Below, piece after piece: positions 27,782 through 37,459 of a stretch of 64,000 nucleotides of DNA. The notes under the pieces are model-generated. The model was not told where the DNA came from. It saw nothing but the letters and a program-made list of their open reading frames with translations, and ran no database searches. The DNA is from Aurantimonas sp. Lineage in GTDB: Bacteria; Pseudomonadota; Alphaproteobacteria; Rhizobiales; Rhizobiaceae. The first letter of the stretch is position 1; every line of letters starts with the position of its first letter. Both the position numbers and the translations under genes were made by a program. The DNA lies in the NCBI GenBank assembly GCA_965217685.1, contig CBDCIZ010000003.1:697657-761656 (forward strand), given 5' to 3'.

Positions 27782-28651
27782 ATGCTGAAGCTCGAAGCAA
27801 TGCGCGTTTTTGTGGCGGTCGCGGAAACGGGGAGTCTCGCCGCGGCTGCCAATCGAATCGGGAGAACGCCAGGGGCTGTGTCCATGACCTTGAAGCAGGC
27901 GGAGGAGGAAATCGGCGGAGCCCTGTTCGACGCTGACCGGAAGGCCCGGTTGACGCCACTAGGCACGACGGTCTTGCGGAATTGCCGCCATGCCCTCGAA
28001 GCCTATGCCGCGGCGATGGGAGAAATCGAGCGATACACGCGCGGTGACGAGGGCACTTTGCGGCTGGCATCCACCCCGTCGATTGCAAGACGGGTCTTGC
28101 CATTGATCGTCTCGTCGATGCTGAAAACCCGGCCGAATCTGCAATTCGAAATCCGTGATGTCGATTCCCAATCCGTCGCCGAACTCACAACAGCCGGCCT
28201 GGTCGATTTCGGAATCGCGAGTCTGTCGGCGGCATCCCGCGGACTGAAGGCGGAAATGCTGTTGGAAGACAAGTTCCACGTCGTTTGCCTGAAGGGCCAC
28301 CCGCTCACCGTCGCTTGCGAGCCTGTCACGTGGGAGGCACTTTCCGCCTACGACTTCATCCACAACGGCCTTTGCGACGCGATCGGTTCGCAGGCCGTCG
28401 CAAAACTATCCGTCACGGCTCGTTTGCGCGCCCGCAATGTAGGCGCCTTGTTCGGCCTGATCGAATCCGGGCTTGGTGTGACGATCCTTCCTTCGCTCGC
28501 TGTGCCGGCAGAAGGGAGTTTGACCAGCGTGCCGTTGGCTGATCAGGCTGCAACGAGCCGTGTTCATCTTCTTAGCCGAGACGGAGACGCAGCATCTCCC
28601 ATCGCGCTCCTGTTCAGAGACGCAATACTTCGCTCAATACGCAGCATATGA
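27782..28651 (+). CDS. LysR-family transcriptional regulator
   Basis: MLKLEAMRVFVAVAETGSLAAAANRIGRTPGAVSMTLKQAEEE wHTH. The 783-aa track ORF (26300..28651) is an antisense read-through artefact; only the last ~290 aa are LysR-like. Confidence 0.85.
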   Translation: MLKLEAMRVFVAVAETGSLAAAANRIGRTPGAVSMTLKQAEEEIGGALFDADRKARLTPLGTTVLRNCRHALEAYAAAMGEIERYTRGDEGTLRLASTPSIARRVLPLIVSSMLKTRPNLQFEIRDVDSQSVAELTTAGLVDFGIASLSAASRGLKAEMLLEDKFHVVCLKGHPLTVACEPVTWEALSAYDFIHNGLCDAIGSQAVAKLSVTARLRARNVGALFGLIESGLGVTILPSLAVPAEGSLTSVPLADQAATSRVHLLSRDGDAASPIALLFRDAILRSIRSI

Positions 28652-29099
28652 AGCGAGATTTCACGATCATCGAATTTTGATACCGTAGTCTCTGGAACGA
28701 ATGCCTCGTCTTGATTGCGGCTATGCCTGACGCCGAAGGGCGCCTTTTTCCGCAAGGATCTCCGATGCCGGATAGTCCCCGTACGGCTCATCGCCGAACT
28801 GATGCCATGCTCGATTATGAATTGTGTGTCCAAAAATCAGATCGACAGCAACCTATCCAGACATGATAGGCTGTTTACTGTAGCGGACATTCAGGCCGAA
28901 GGAGCCTGTCCGCTTCAGTTGGCAAATTTTAACAAGCGGCCGTTCCGTTCACTTACAGGATTTTGTACGCTTCGCGGCGCTCGAAACCTTTTATGAAATC
29001 CAACCCGCAGTTTTTGAATTCGGTAGCGCGAATACGCCGCTTTTTTCGAAGTTTATCTTCGATCCTCTTCAGCCGCGCGACTGGCCTTGAAGTGCCGCA

Positions 29100-30470
29100 T
29101 CATCCCTGCGTCGCGTCACTGCGCGCATCCTCTTCCATCTTCCGGCGTACGGCGACCGCCTGGCTTTCTGGGACATCGACATCGTTCCAGGTCAGCATCT
29201 GCCCTTCTGAAACGGCACGGGTCACCTTGATATCGTGAGCCAGCCCGATCGGCAGCGCCGTTGCGGCGAGCGATTCCTCGGCGCGTGCGATGCGGCCCCA
29301 GACCGTGTAGCCGCCCTCGCCGTCAAGCGTGTCGCCGGGCAGCAGCGCCGTTTTGGCGACCGCGACGACGTCGGACACGAACGCATCGGTGCGGCCCGTC
29401 GGCTCGCCGCGCAGGGCAGCGCTCGCGACCGAGATCGGAAGCTCCAGACCAATGAAATGCGACGGGCGAAACAACGTCGCGTAACGCCCGGACGTGTCGG
29501 TAATGACCTGATATTCGCGGAAGCAGCGGCGGACGTATTCCGCGCCGCGCTCTTGGTCGTCCATCGCCTCGAAGGTCACGTAGACGCCCCATCTCAGGTC
29601 ACCGACGACATGCCGGCCGTCGCGCTCCACGCTGGAGACGCACTCCACCATGCCGGCTTCGTCCAGCATGCCGCCAGCGTTTCTTGGCTTTAGCACCTCG
29701 GCGAGATCGTGTGTTCCGGCGGCCGGAAACTTCAGTCCGCCCCGCGGCGCCAGCAGGCCGGAGGCGTTCGAGATCGCCGCCATCTCGAGCGCCGACTTCG
29801 TGCCGTCGAGAAAGGAGTTGAACATCTGCGGGTTCATGCCGCCGGCCTTCGCCTCCTCGGCGGTCAGCCCATAGTGCCCCCAGACGGTGTCGGGCGTCGA
29901 GGCGGCGTATTGCGGTAGATATTTCGTGCCCTTCCCGGCGGCGACCACGCGGAACCCGCAGGTGCGCGCCCAATCGACCATTTCGCAGACGAGAGCAGGC
30001 TGGTCGCCATAGGCCATCGAGTAGACGAGGCCCGCACTGTCGAACGCCTTGACGAGATACGGGCCCGCCAAGACGTCGGCCTCGATATTGACCATGACCA
30101 TGTGGCGACCGTTTTCCGCAGCAAGCAGCGCATGGCGGATGCCTGCGGCTGGGCTCCCGGTCGCGTCAATGACGACATCGAGGCCTGAAGCGCGGATCAG
30201 CGCGTCCGAGTCCTCGGTGATACATGTGCGACCGGAGGACAATGCGTCTTCGAAGGTGCCCGTTACCGCGGCATCGGCATTCCACCCAGTGTTCGTCAGC
30301 GCCTCTCGTGCCCGGGCAGCAGAAAGGTCGGCGATGCCGTAAAGATGCATGCCGGGGATATGCCGGACTTGGGCGAGGAACATCGAGCCGAACTTGCCCG
30401 AGCCGATCAATCCGACACGGATCGGATTTCCCTCGTCCTGGCGCCGCTTTAATTTTGCATAGAGATTCAT
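29100..30470 (-). CDS. NAD(P)-dependent oxidoreductase with C-terminal SAF domain (homoserine-dehydrogenase-like, COG4091 type)
   Basis: 456 aa. Rossmann start IRVGLIGSGKFGSMF. Architecture recalled from the family of predicted homoserine dehydrogenases with a SAF domain. Confidence 0.7.
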   Translation of the reverse strand: MNLYAKLKRRQDEGNPIRVGLIGSGKFGSMFLAQVRHIPGMHLYGIADLSAARAREALTNTGWNADAAVTGTFEDALSSGRTCITEDSDALIRASGLDVVIDATGSPAAGIRHALLAAENGRHMVMVNIEADVLAGPYLVKAFDSAGLVYSMAYGDQPALVCEMVDWARTCGFRVVAAGKGTKYLPQYAASTPDTVWGHYGLTAEEAKAGGMNPQMFNSFLDGTKSALEMAAISNASGLLAPRGGLKFPAAGTHDLAEVLKPRNAGGMLDEAGMVECVSSVERDGRHVVGDLRWGVYVTFEAMDDQERGAEYVRRCFREYQVITDTSGRYATLFRPSHFIGLELPISVASAALRGEPTGRTDAFVSDVVAVAKTALLPGDTLDGEGGYTVWGRIARAEESLAATALPIGLAHDIKVTRAVSEGQMLTWNDVDVPESQAVAVRRKMEEDARSDATQG

Positions 30471-30805
30471 GTTCGACGTTCTTCCAGATGCCAGTACTAT
30501 TTTTACGAAGCCGGTTCGCCGAATTGATCCTGGCCCACCCTCGCGACGAATAATATCCGGGTGGTGCAGCCGAACAGGACCGTCGATCGCTCGTCTTGCC
30601 GCTTTTGGCTTGATCGCGCTCTGTTCTCACGAATGTCTGCAGGCACTGGCCCGTCCTTCTCTTTGGGTCGACAAATAATGGTAGGCAGGATCGCCGCTCG
30701 ACCTTCTTTAGGAAGCAGAGACGCGTTAGACCAGCTCGTCGCTCATGCTATAGGCAAACGCGGAACGCCGGCGACAAGGCGGCCGGGATATATCGGGAGG
30801 ACAAT

Positions 30806-31774
30806 ATGAAGTTTTCAGTCAAATCGGCTCTACCAATCGCATTCGGCTTTGCAGCAATCCTGACTGCCGCAACGCCTTCGAGCGCCGAGGAAAGGATCGC
30901 CTACAAATCGGCCAAAAGTGGAACGTCCTACTATCAGATGGGCGTCGAGCTTGCGAATGCCGTCAAGGCTGGCACCGATGGAGAAGCGATCCTGACGGTC
31001 GAGGAGAGCCAGGGCTCCGTCCAGAACGTCATGGAGGCCGCGGCGCGGCCCGGAAATTACGTGTTCACGGCGCCGCCTTCACTTGTTTCTGCGGCGGTGG
31101 CCGGCAAGGGGCCGTTCACAGAGCGGGCCAATCCGAAATTTGCCGAGATCCGCTCGCTGTTTCCAATTCCGTCGCTCACCATGCACTTCGTCATGAAGGC
31201 CTCAGACGGAGCCCATCATCTCGCCGACCTCGCCGGTAAGACCTTGCTTCTCGGGAAAGGCAGTTTCGGCGCGACCGAGGGCAAGAAGTATCTCGAACTG
31301 TTCGACATGACCGACAAGGTGACCATCGCCGACGCCGAACTCGGCAATGCTTCCGACGCATTAAAGAACAGGCAGATCGACGGCTTCGTCACCGCAGGCT
31401 CCTTTCCGGCGCCTAACGTCGTAGAGGCGTCGGCCGGCTCCCCTGTCACGTTGCTCACGATGAGCGACGCGGAGATCGAAAAGACCGGGAGGTCGCGTCA
31501 GGTCATCCCCGCCGGGACTTATTCCGGCGTCGACGAAGATGTCGTGACGACGTCGCTGCCGGTCGTTGCATTCTCGTCGACCGCGATGAGCGACGACACA
31601 GCCTATCTTCTGACCAAGACCTTCTGGGAGGAAAAGGTGAAACTCGCAGACGAGTCGCGCTGGTGGGCAGCGGTCACTCCGGACCTTCTTGCCGAAGGAT
31701 CGGTCAAGCTGCACCCTGGTGCGCTTCGCTATTACGAAGAAGCCGGCGTTTCCGTGCCAGACGATCTGCGCTGA
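30806..31774 (+). CDS. TAXI-family TRAP transporter solute-binding protein
   Basis: 322 aa. Signal peptide, then TAXI-like SGTSYYQMGVELA and a C-terminal LHPGALRYYEE motif. Confidence 0.85.
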   Translation: MKFSVKSALPIAFGFAAILTAATPSSAEERIAYKSAKSGTSYYQMGVELANAVKAGTDGEAILTVEESQGSVQNVMEAAARPGNYVFTAPPSLVSAAVAGKGPFTERANPKFAEIRSLFPIPSLTMHFVMKASDGAHHLADLAGKTLLLGKGSFGATEGKKYLELFDMTDKVTIADAELGNASDALKNRQIDGFVTAGSFPAPNVVEASAGSPVTLLTMSDAEIEKTGRSRQVIPAGTYSGVDEDVVTTSLPVVAFSSTAMSDDTAYLLTKTFWEEKVKLADESRWWAAVTPDLLAEGSVKLHPGALRYYEEAGVSVPDDLR

Positions 31775-31840
31775 GCGTTCTTCGAAGGTGACCTCACCGG
31801 AAGAAACCGCGCCGGCGGCCGGACGGCGGCTGACCCGGTT

Positions 31841-33655
31841 ATGCGGAACACGACCATGTCATCCATGAGCGCTTGGCTTGTCCGCCCCGGTCCGAAGACA
31901 CCGGGCGCCTGGATCTGGAGCCTTCTCGGCCTTGTCTCGATCGGCTTTCATCTAGGGCTGGTCTTCAGCGGCCTCGTTCCGGCGCTCGTTGCACGCCCGA
32001 TCCACATGGCGTTGGCGCTTCCGTGGATCTTCGTCTTCGGCGCGAAGGGGGGAGTTGCCAAGATTACTGGTTGGATCTTCCTGGTCGCTGGCGAGGCCGC
32101 CTGTTTCTATATCGCGCTCAACGCCGATGCGCTTTCCGACCAATACGGCTTCATCGACAATCCCGGGCAGATGGTGATCGCCGCCGCACTTCTCGTCGTG
32201 ACCCTGGAAATGGCCCGCCGTGCGATCGGATGGCCACTGCCGATCGTTGCCTTCACCTGCCTCGCCTATGGGCTTTTCGGGCAGTATGTGCCCGGCGAAT
32301 ACGGCCACCCAGGCTTTCCGCTCGCCAGTTTCCTTGGCACGCTGATGATCACCGAAGGCGGAATCTGGGGTTCGCTTACCGGGGTCTCCGTCGGGATCGT
32401 CGCGATTTTCGTCATTCTCGGCGCGGTTTTGAATGCGGGGGAGGCAGGACAAGGTTTCATGAATCTCGCAGGGCTCGCCGCGGGCAGATTGCGCGGCGGT
32501 GCCGGCAAGGTCGCGATCCTGTCCTCGGCCCTGTTCGGATCGATCTCCGGTTCTGCTTCGGCCAACGTCGCCTCGACCGGCGCCATCACCATTCCGGCAA
32601 TGAAGCGTCTCGGTTATCCGCCGGCGCTCGCCGGTGCGATCGAGGCCGTCGCCTCGTCCGGCGGCCAGATCATGCCGCCCTTGATGGGGGCCGGCGCATT
32701 CGTCATGGTCGAACTGACCGGCATTTCCTACCCGCTGATCATGGGTGCGGCGCTTCTGCCGGCATTGCTCTACTTTCTCACGGCCTGGATCGGCGTCGAT
32801 CTCTTCGCCCGGCGCTACGACCTTAAGGCCATCGACGTCACAGACCGCCCGAAACCGTCGACCGTCGCCATCACCGCCCTGTTTTTCGCGGTCCCGTTCA
32901 GCGTTCTGTTAGAGCAGATGTTCGTCGGCGGCGTCACGCCGCAATATGCGGCCTGTCTTGCGATCCTCACCGCAGCGTGTCTGCTGTTTTTCGACGTCCG
33001 GTTCCGCTTCTCGGTCTACCGTTTCGCCGAAAGGGTTGCCCATGCGGCGATCGAGGCCGGCCGACAGATCGCGATGATCGCGGCGATCATCATCTGCGCC
33101 TCGATCGTCATCGGCGTGCTCGGCATGACCGGTCTCGGCGTCAAGGTGACGTCGACGATCCTGGCGGTCGCAGGCGAGTCGCTCTGGCCGGCGCTCCTGT
33201 TGACGGCGCTCGCCTGCATTCTCCTGGGAATGGAAGTCCCGACTACCGCGGCCTACGTCATCTGCGTCACCGTCGCCGGCCCCGCGCTTCAGCGGCTCGG
33301 CATCGAGCCGCTACTGGCCCATCTCTTCGTGTTCTGGTTTGCTCTCCTGTCGACGATCACGCCGCCGGTCTGCGGCGCGGTCTTCATCGCCGCGGGAATG
33401 GCCGAGGCGAACTGGTTGAGGGTCGCCGCCTCCGCAATGCGGATTGGCCTAGGCCTCTACGTCATTCCTCTGGCGATGATCGCGAACCCTCAGATCATAG
33501 ACCTCGTGGATCGGCCAGGTGCCGCGCTCTTCGCTTTCGCGAAGATCGGCGTCTCTCTATGGGCACTCTCTCTCGGCGTCATCCGGAGGGGCCCCATCGT
33601 TCTCCGCCTGGTCTTGCTCGCGTTGGGGTTCGTTATCTGTTTCTGGCGAGTTTGA
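31841..33655 (+). CDS. TAXI-type TRAP transporter fused permease (4TM/12TM)
   Basis: 604 aa, highly hydrophobic. Paralogous to the ORF at 47270..49192. Confidence 0.85.
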   Translation: MRNTTMSSMSAWLVRPGPKTPGAWIWSLLGLVSIGFHLGLVFSGLVPALVARPIHMALALPWIFVFGAKGGVAKITGWIFLVAGEAACFYIALNADALSDQYGFIDNPGQMVIAAALLVVTLEMARRAIGWPLPIVAFTCLAYGLFGQYVPGEYGHPGFPLASFLGTLMITEGGIWGSLTGVSVGIVAIFVILGAVLNAGEAGQGFMNLAGLAAGRLRGGAGKVAILSSALFGSISGSASANVASTGAITIPAMKRLGYPPALAGAIEAVASSGGQIMPPLMGAGAFVMVELTGISYPLIMGAALLPALLYFLTAWIGVDLFARRYDLKAIDVTDRPKPSTVAITALFFAVPFSVLLEQMFVGGVTPQYAACLAILTAACLLFFDVRFRFSVYRFAERVAHAAIEAGRQIAMIAAIIICASIVIGVLGMTGLGVKVTSTILAVAGESLWPALLLTALACILLGMEVPTTAAYVICVTVAGPALQRLGIEPLLAHLFVFWFALLSTITPPVCGAVFIAAGMAEANWLRVAASAMRIGLGLYVIPLAMIANPQIIDLVDRPGAALFAFAKIGVSLWALSLGVIRRGPIVLRLVLLALGFVICFWRV

Positions 33656-33785
33656 TATCGCGTCCTGCCGGCCGACGGTGAGAACATTGGAATATTGTCC
33701 TCTTTAGGCTAGCTGTGGTGGCGAATATCGGGAAGGTCCGCATATCGGCTGTGGGCGTCATGCGACCTGCATGGCAGGTCCTCAC

Positions 33786-34103
33786 CTACTTGGTAGCCGA
33801 GTGAAAGTCGGCCGGCTTTTTGCCACCCCATTTCACAAAGCGTGCGACCGTTTCGTTGTCCGTAAGCGGCGTCCCGCTTTCCACGTGGCGGACCAGTTCG
33901 CTTGCCGTAAAATTGGCGTCGATGGTCTCCCGGCAAATGGGATGGACTGGAACAGTGTCACGGCCACCCCGGCTTTTGGGGATCGGGTGGAAGCGGTCCA
34001 CGGTATCACCCAGCAATCGACCGCATAGCCAGCACGGCGCTGAAGCCTCGATTTCGATTGCCTCGTTCGCAAGCCAACTTGCGTCCCGAATCTTTCGCGC
34101 CAT
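33786..34103 (-). CDS. small HNH-endonuclease-like protein, probably degenerate
   Basis: 105 aa. CWLCG...DRFHPIPKSRGGRDTVPVHPICRETI resembles the small alphaproteobacterial HNH proteins (C.LCG...HH.VPKS.GG....VHPICH..IH), but several conserved His positions are F/R/D here. Confidence 0.55.
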   Translation of the reverse strand: MARKIRDASWLANEAIEIEASAPCWLCGRLLGDTVDRFHPIPKSRGGRDTVPVHPICRETIDANFTASELVRHVESGTPLTDNETVARFVKWGGKKPADFHSATK

Positions 34104-34455
34104 CTCGCATCTCCTGGCGCGCAGAACACAGTGCGGCGCTGGGCCGTGACCCTATCTGCCGCCGGCGCGACTGATTGACCAACTTCAAGCGACCAGTCAA
34201 GTCACGGTGCCATTTCGCCTGGGAGGAACATCTGCTTTGTGAGCGCGTCGCCGAAAGTGGATCGGTAGCTTTCCACACATCCTGGCTGTTTGCCGTGGCG
34301 TTTCATTAAGTCGAAAGCTGACCGTTCGCTCTGGATAACGAACTCGAAAAGCAGTGGTTCTGCTCTCGTCGGGAAGCGGATGTCGGGAGATGCTCCGCTT
34401 TTATTCGGTAGATTACCGGAAGCCGGCGTTTCCGGCAGCAGATCACCTTGAAACG

Positions 34456-35580
34456 CTACTGGGCGGCGAGTTGCTCGATCCGCTGGCCGTTACTCGAGAG
34501 AAACAGGTGAAGATGCTCGGCTGGCAGCGCGAAAGGCAGGACATCGTCAGGGCGTGCGTTGAGGCGACCGACGTGGAAAGCCTTCAACACGGCGTCACCA
34601 TAGCGCAGATGCACGATCATCCCCATTCCCGTAGGCTCGATCAACTCGACCATGGCATGATGCGGCAAACCGTTCGCATCCACCGGTTTCGACGCCGCAT
34701 CGCCATCCCTTGCTCCAACGACAACATGCTCCGGTCGCACGCCGATGGTGACCTCCATGCCGGCGGCCACGTCGATCGGCGCGGCGATCGCGATGGTCCG
34801 GCCCTCGCCGATGTCGATCGACGGGCCATCGCTGCCATGCTGAAAGCGGCCCGCGATGAAGTTCATCGCAGGCGAACCGATGAAGCCGGCAACGAAAAGA
34901 TTGGACGGCCGATCATAGAGTTCGGCTGGGCTGCCGATCTGCTGGATCGAGCCGCCGTCCATAGCGACGATCCGGTCGGCCAGCGTCATCGCCTCGATCT
35001 GGTCGTGGGTCACGTAGATCGACGTCGCGCCGAGCCGATAATGCAGCTTCTTGATCTCGCCGCGCATCTGTTCACGCAGGCGCGCATCGAGATTGGACAG
35101 CGGCTCGTCGAAGAGAAACGCCTGCGGCTCGCGCACGATCGCCCGGCCCATGGCGACGCGCTGGCGCTGGCCGCCCGACAGGGTGCGCGGCTTGCGAGCG
35201 ACCAACGGGGCCAGCCCCAACGTTTCCGCTGCCTTATCCACCGCCCGGGAGATAGCCTCACGCGCGACCTTTCGGATGCGCAGGCTGTAACTCATGTTGT
35301 CGGCGACGGTCATGTGCGGATAGAGCGCATAGGACTGGAAGACCATCGCCAGGTTGCGGTCCTTCGGGGCGAGATCATTGACCCGCCGGCCGGCGATCAT
35401 GATGTCGCCGCTCGACACGTCCTCCAGGCCAGCGATCATCCGCAAAAGGGTCGACTTGCCGCAGCCGGATGGTCCGACCAGAACGACGAACTCCCCCGCG
35501 CCGATCGACAGATCGACGTCCGCGAGGACATGCGTCTCGCCGAAGGATTTCGCCACGGACTTGATCTCGATCGTCGACAT
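34456..35580 (-). CDS. CUT1 ABC transporter ATP-binding protein (UgpC/MalK-like)
   Basis: 374 aa. Walker [10 protein letters not shown], signature LSGGQRQR, Walker [10 protein letters not shown]-terminal regulatory (TOBE-like) domain. Confidence 0.9.
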   Translation of the reverse strand: MSTIEIKSVAKSFGETHVLADVDLSIGAGEFVVLVGPSGCGKSTLLRMIAGLEDVSSGDIMIAGRRVNDLAPKDRNLAMVFQSYALYPHMTVADNMSYSLRIRKVAREAISRAVDKAAETLGLAPLVARKPRTLSGGQRQRVAMGRAIVREPQAFLFDEPLSNLDARLREQMRGEIKKLHYRLGATSIYVTHDQIEAMTLADRIVAMDGGSIQQIGSPAELYDRPSNLFVAGFIGSPAMNFIAGRFQHGSDGPSIDIGEGRTIAIAAPIDVAAGMEVTIGVRPEHVVVGARDGDAASKPVDANGLPHHAMVELIEPTGMGMIVHLRYGDAVLKAFHVGRLNARPDDVLPFALPAEHLHLFLSSNGQRIEQLAAQ

Positions 35581-35596
35581 GGAGCGATCCCTTTCG

Positions 35597-36436
35597 TCAG
35601 CCTTTGACCGCGCCGGCCGTCAGGCCCTGCACGAGGAAGCGCTGGATCATCAGGAAGAACAGGAGCGCCGGGATCAACGCGAGGACGCCGGCGGCCATCA
35701 TCTGCCCGAAATTGACCCCGAACTTTGACACGAAGGACAGGAGCCCGACCGGAAAGGTGCTGGCGTCGGTCTTGGAGATCAGCATCAGGGCAAAAAGCAA
35801 TTCGCTCCACGCTGCGGTGAAGACGAAGCCGAGCGTTGCCGCCATGCCCGGCAGGGTCAGCGGCACGATGATCTGCCGGAACGCCATGAAGCGGCTTGCC
35901 CCGTCAATCATTGCCGCCTCTTCCAGGTCGCGCGGGATCGCATCGAAAAAGGACTGCATCAGGAATACCGCAAAGGGCACGTTGAAGGCCGTGTAGACGA
36001 GGATCAGACCGGCCAGGCTGTTGGTCAGGCCGGTCGCCGTCAGCATCTTGAAGATCGGCGCGATCAGCATGACCAGCGGAAACATCTGGGTGATCAACAT
36101 GAGGCCGATCAGCCAAAGCTTTCCCCGAAAGGCGAAGCGCGACATGGCATAGCCGGCACCGGCCGCCACCAGCGTGACGATCGCTGCCGTCGACAGCGAG
36201 ACGACCAGGCTGTTGCGGAAGAACTTCGGAAAATCCGAATTCTCCAGAACGAAGGTATAGTGGGCGAGTGTCGTTGCCGAGGGCCACATCCGGACGCCCT
36301 CCGAATAGAGCAGCGCGTCCGGTGTCACCGAGACCTTGAGGAGCCAGTAGAGCGGGAACAGCGCCACCACGATATAGGCGAGAATAGCCATTCGGTGGGT
36401 CAATGTGCCGATGATGCGGATCGAGCGGGTTGCCAT
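35597..36436 (-). CDS. carbohydrate ABC transporter permease (MalG/UgpE-like)
   Basis: 279 aa, 6 TM. EAA-loop-like [20 protein letters not shown]. Confidence 0.9.
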   Translation of the reverse strand: MATRSIRIIGTLTHRMAILAYIVVALFPLYWLLKVSVTPDALLYSEGVRMWPSATTLAHYTFVLENSDFPKFFRNSLVVSLSTAAIVTLVAAGAGYAMSRFAFRGKLWLIGLMLITQMFPLVMLIAPIFKMLTATGLTNSLAGLILVYTAFNVPFAVFLMQSFFDAIPRDLEEAAMIDGASRFMAFRQIIVPLTLPGMAATLGFVFTAAWSELLFALMLISKTDASTFPVGLLSFVSKFGVNFGQMMAAGVLALIPALLFFLMIQRFLVQGLTAGAVKG

Positions 36437-37368
36437 CAGGACCTCGCCAGAAGCGTCTGCCGCAGGATCACCAGCAGCAGCGAATAGATCATGAGAAGCA
36501 CCAGCAGCACCATGGCGATCGCCGAGGCATAGCCGAAGTCGAGGCGCCGGAAGGCTGTGGTGAAGATGTAGCTCGCCACGATCTGCGTGCGATCGGCCGG
36601 TCCGCCATTGGTCATCACCACGATGAGGTCGGCGAAATTGGCGATCCAGACGGTCCGCAGGAGCACGGTTATGGCGATGGTCGGTGCAAGAAACGGTAGG
36701 GTAATGGCCCGAAATCGCTCGAACGCCCCCGCTCCGTCGATCGACGCAGCCTCATAGATGTCCTTGGGGATCGACTGCAGGGCGGCCAGCAACGTGATCG
36801 CAAAGAACGGAATGCCCCACCAGACATTGGCGATGATGGGTCCCCACATGGCAAGGTTCGGATCACCGAGGATGTTGACCGGCTGCTCCATCAGGCCGAG
36901 CGCCGTCAGCCAGTGGGGGATCGGCCCGACCACCGGGTTGAACAGCCAGGCCCAATCGAGGCCTGACAGGAAACTTGGTACTGCCCAGGGCAGGAAGACA
37001 AGCGCCTGCGCGACGCCGCGTCCGGTAAACGGCCGGTTGAGGAGAAGCGCCAGGATCAGCCCGAAGACGAACTGAAAGAACACTGACGTCGCCGTCCAGA
37101 ACACGGTGTTCTTCAGTGCCAGGGCGAAATCGCCATCCTTGGCGAGCGCCCGAAAATGCTCCAGTCCCACGAACCCGCCACTGAACGGATTGAGCAGCCG
37201 CACGTCCCGGAACGCATAGGTGAAGCCGATGACCAGCGGCACCAGCATGACGGTGAGGATCAGGATCACCGCCGGCGCGGTGTAGAGATAAGGCTCCACC
37301 GCGCGCGTAAAGCGAGGCATCGGCGGGCGACGGCGATGATTGGCGCTGTCGTCGACTGTCATCGCCAT
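36436..37368 (-). CDS. carbohydrate ABC transporter permease (MalF/UgpA-like)
   Basis: Hydrophobic. EAASIDGAGAFERFRAITLP. The ATG at 37368 (MAMTVDD) fits the gap to the SBP gene; the track start at 37488 would overlap the SBP gene. Confidence 0.85.
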   Translation of the reverse strand: MAMTVDDSANHRRRPPMPRFTRAVEPYLYTAPAVILILTVMLVPLVIGFTYAFRDVRLLNPFSGGFVGLEHFRALAKDGDFALALKNTVFWTATSVFFQFVFGLILALLLNRPFTGRGVAQALVFLPWAVPSFLSGLDWAWLFNPVVGPIPHWLTALGLMEQPVNILGDPNLAMWGPIIANVWWGIPFFAITLLAALQSIPKDIYEAASIDGAGAFERFRAITLPFLAPTIAITVLLRTVWIANFADLIVVMTNGGPADRTQIVASYIFTTAFRRLDFGYASAIAMVLLVLLMIYSLLLVILRQTLLARS

Positions 37369-37426
37369 CGCATCGCCCGCCCTTCGACGATTTTGGAGTT
37401 CAGATTGTGTACGCGAACCAAAGGCC

Positions 37427-37452
37427 GGCCGGACGCGATTGAACGTCCGGCC
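37427..37452 (-). promoter_or_regulatory. intercistronic stem-loop after the SBP gene
   Basis: 9-bp perfect stem GGCCGGACG / CGTCCGGCC with an 8-nt loop, between the SBP stop (37460) and the first permease start (37368). Confidence 0.4.
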
Positions 37453-37459
37453 AGGCAGA

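Noticed and set aside
26300-28651. 783-aa ORF that looks like a large fusion protein.
   Set aside because: The first ~490 codons are antisense to the aldehyde dehydrogenase gene and have no recognisable domains. Only the C-terminal ~290 aa (from ATG 27782) form a LysR regulator.
28962-29099. Possible stop-codon read-through extension of the SAF-domain dehydrogenase (46 in-frame codons after the TGA).
   Set aside because: There is no recoding signal, the extension is lower in GC than the gene, and I know of no homologous extension. It is more likely a leftover of another gene.
34104-34455. Possible terminator hairpin CCGGAA-GCCGGCG-TTCCGG (about 34413-34431) and a 34-codon ORF MKRHGKQPGC... 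upstream of the HNH-like gene.
   Set aside because: The hairpin is only 6 bp with no U-tract. The small ORF has no support beyond being open.
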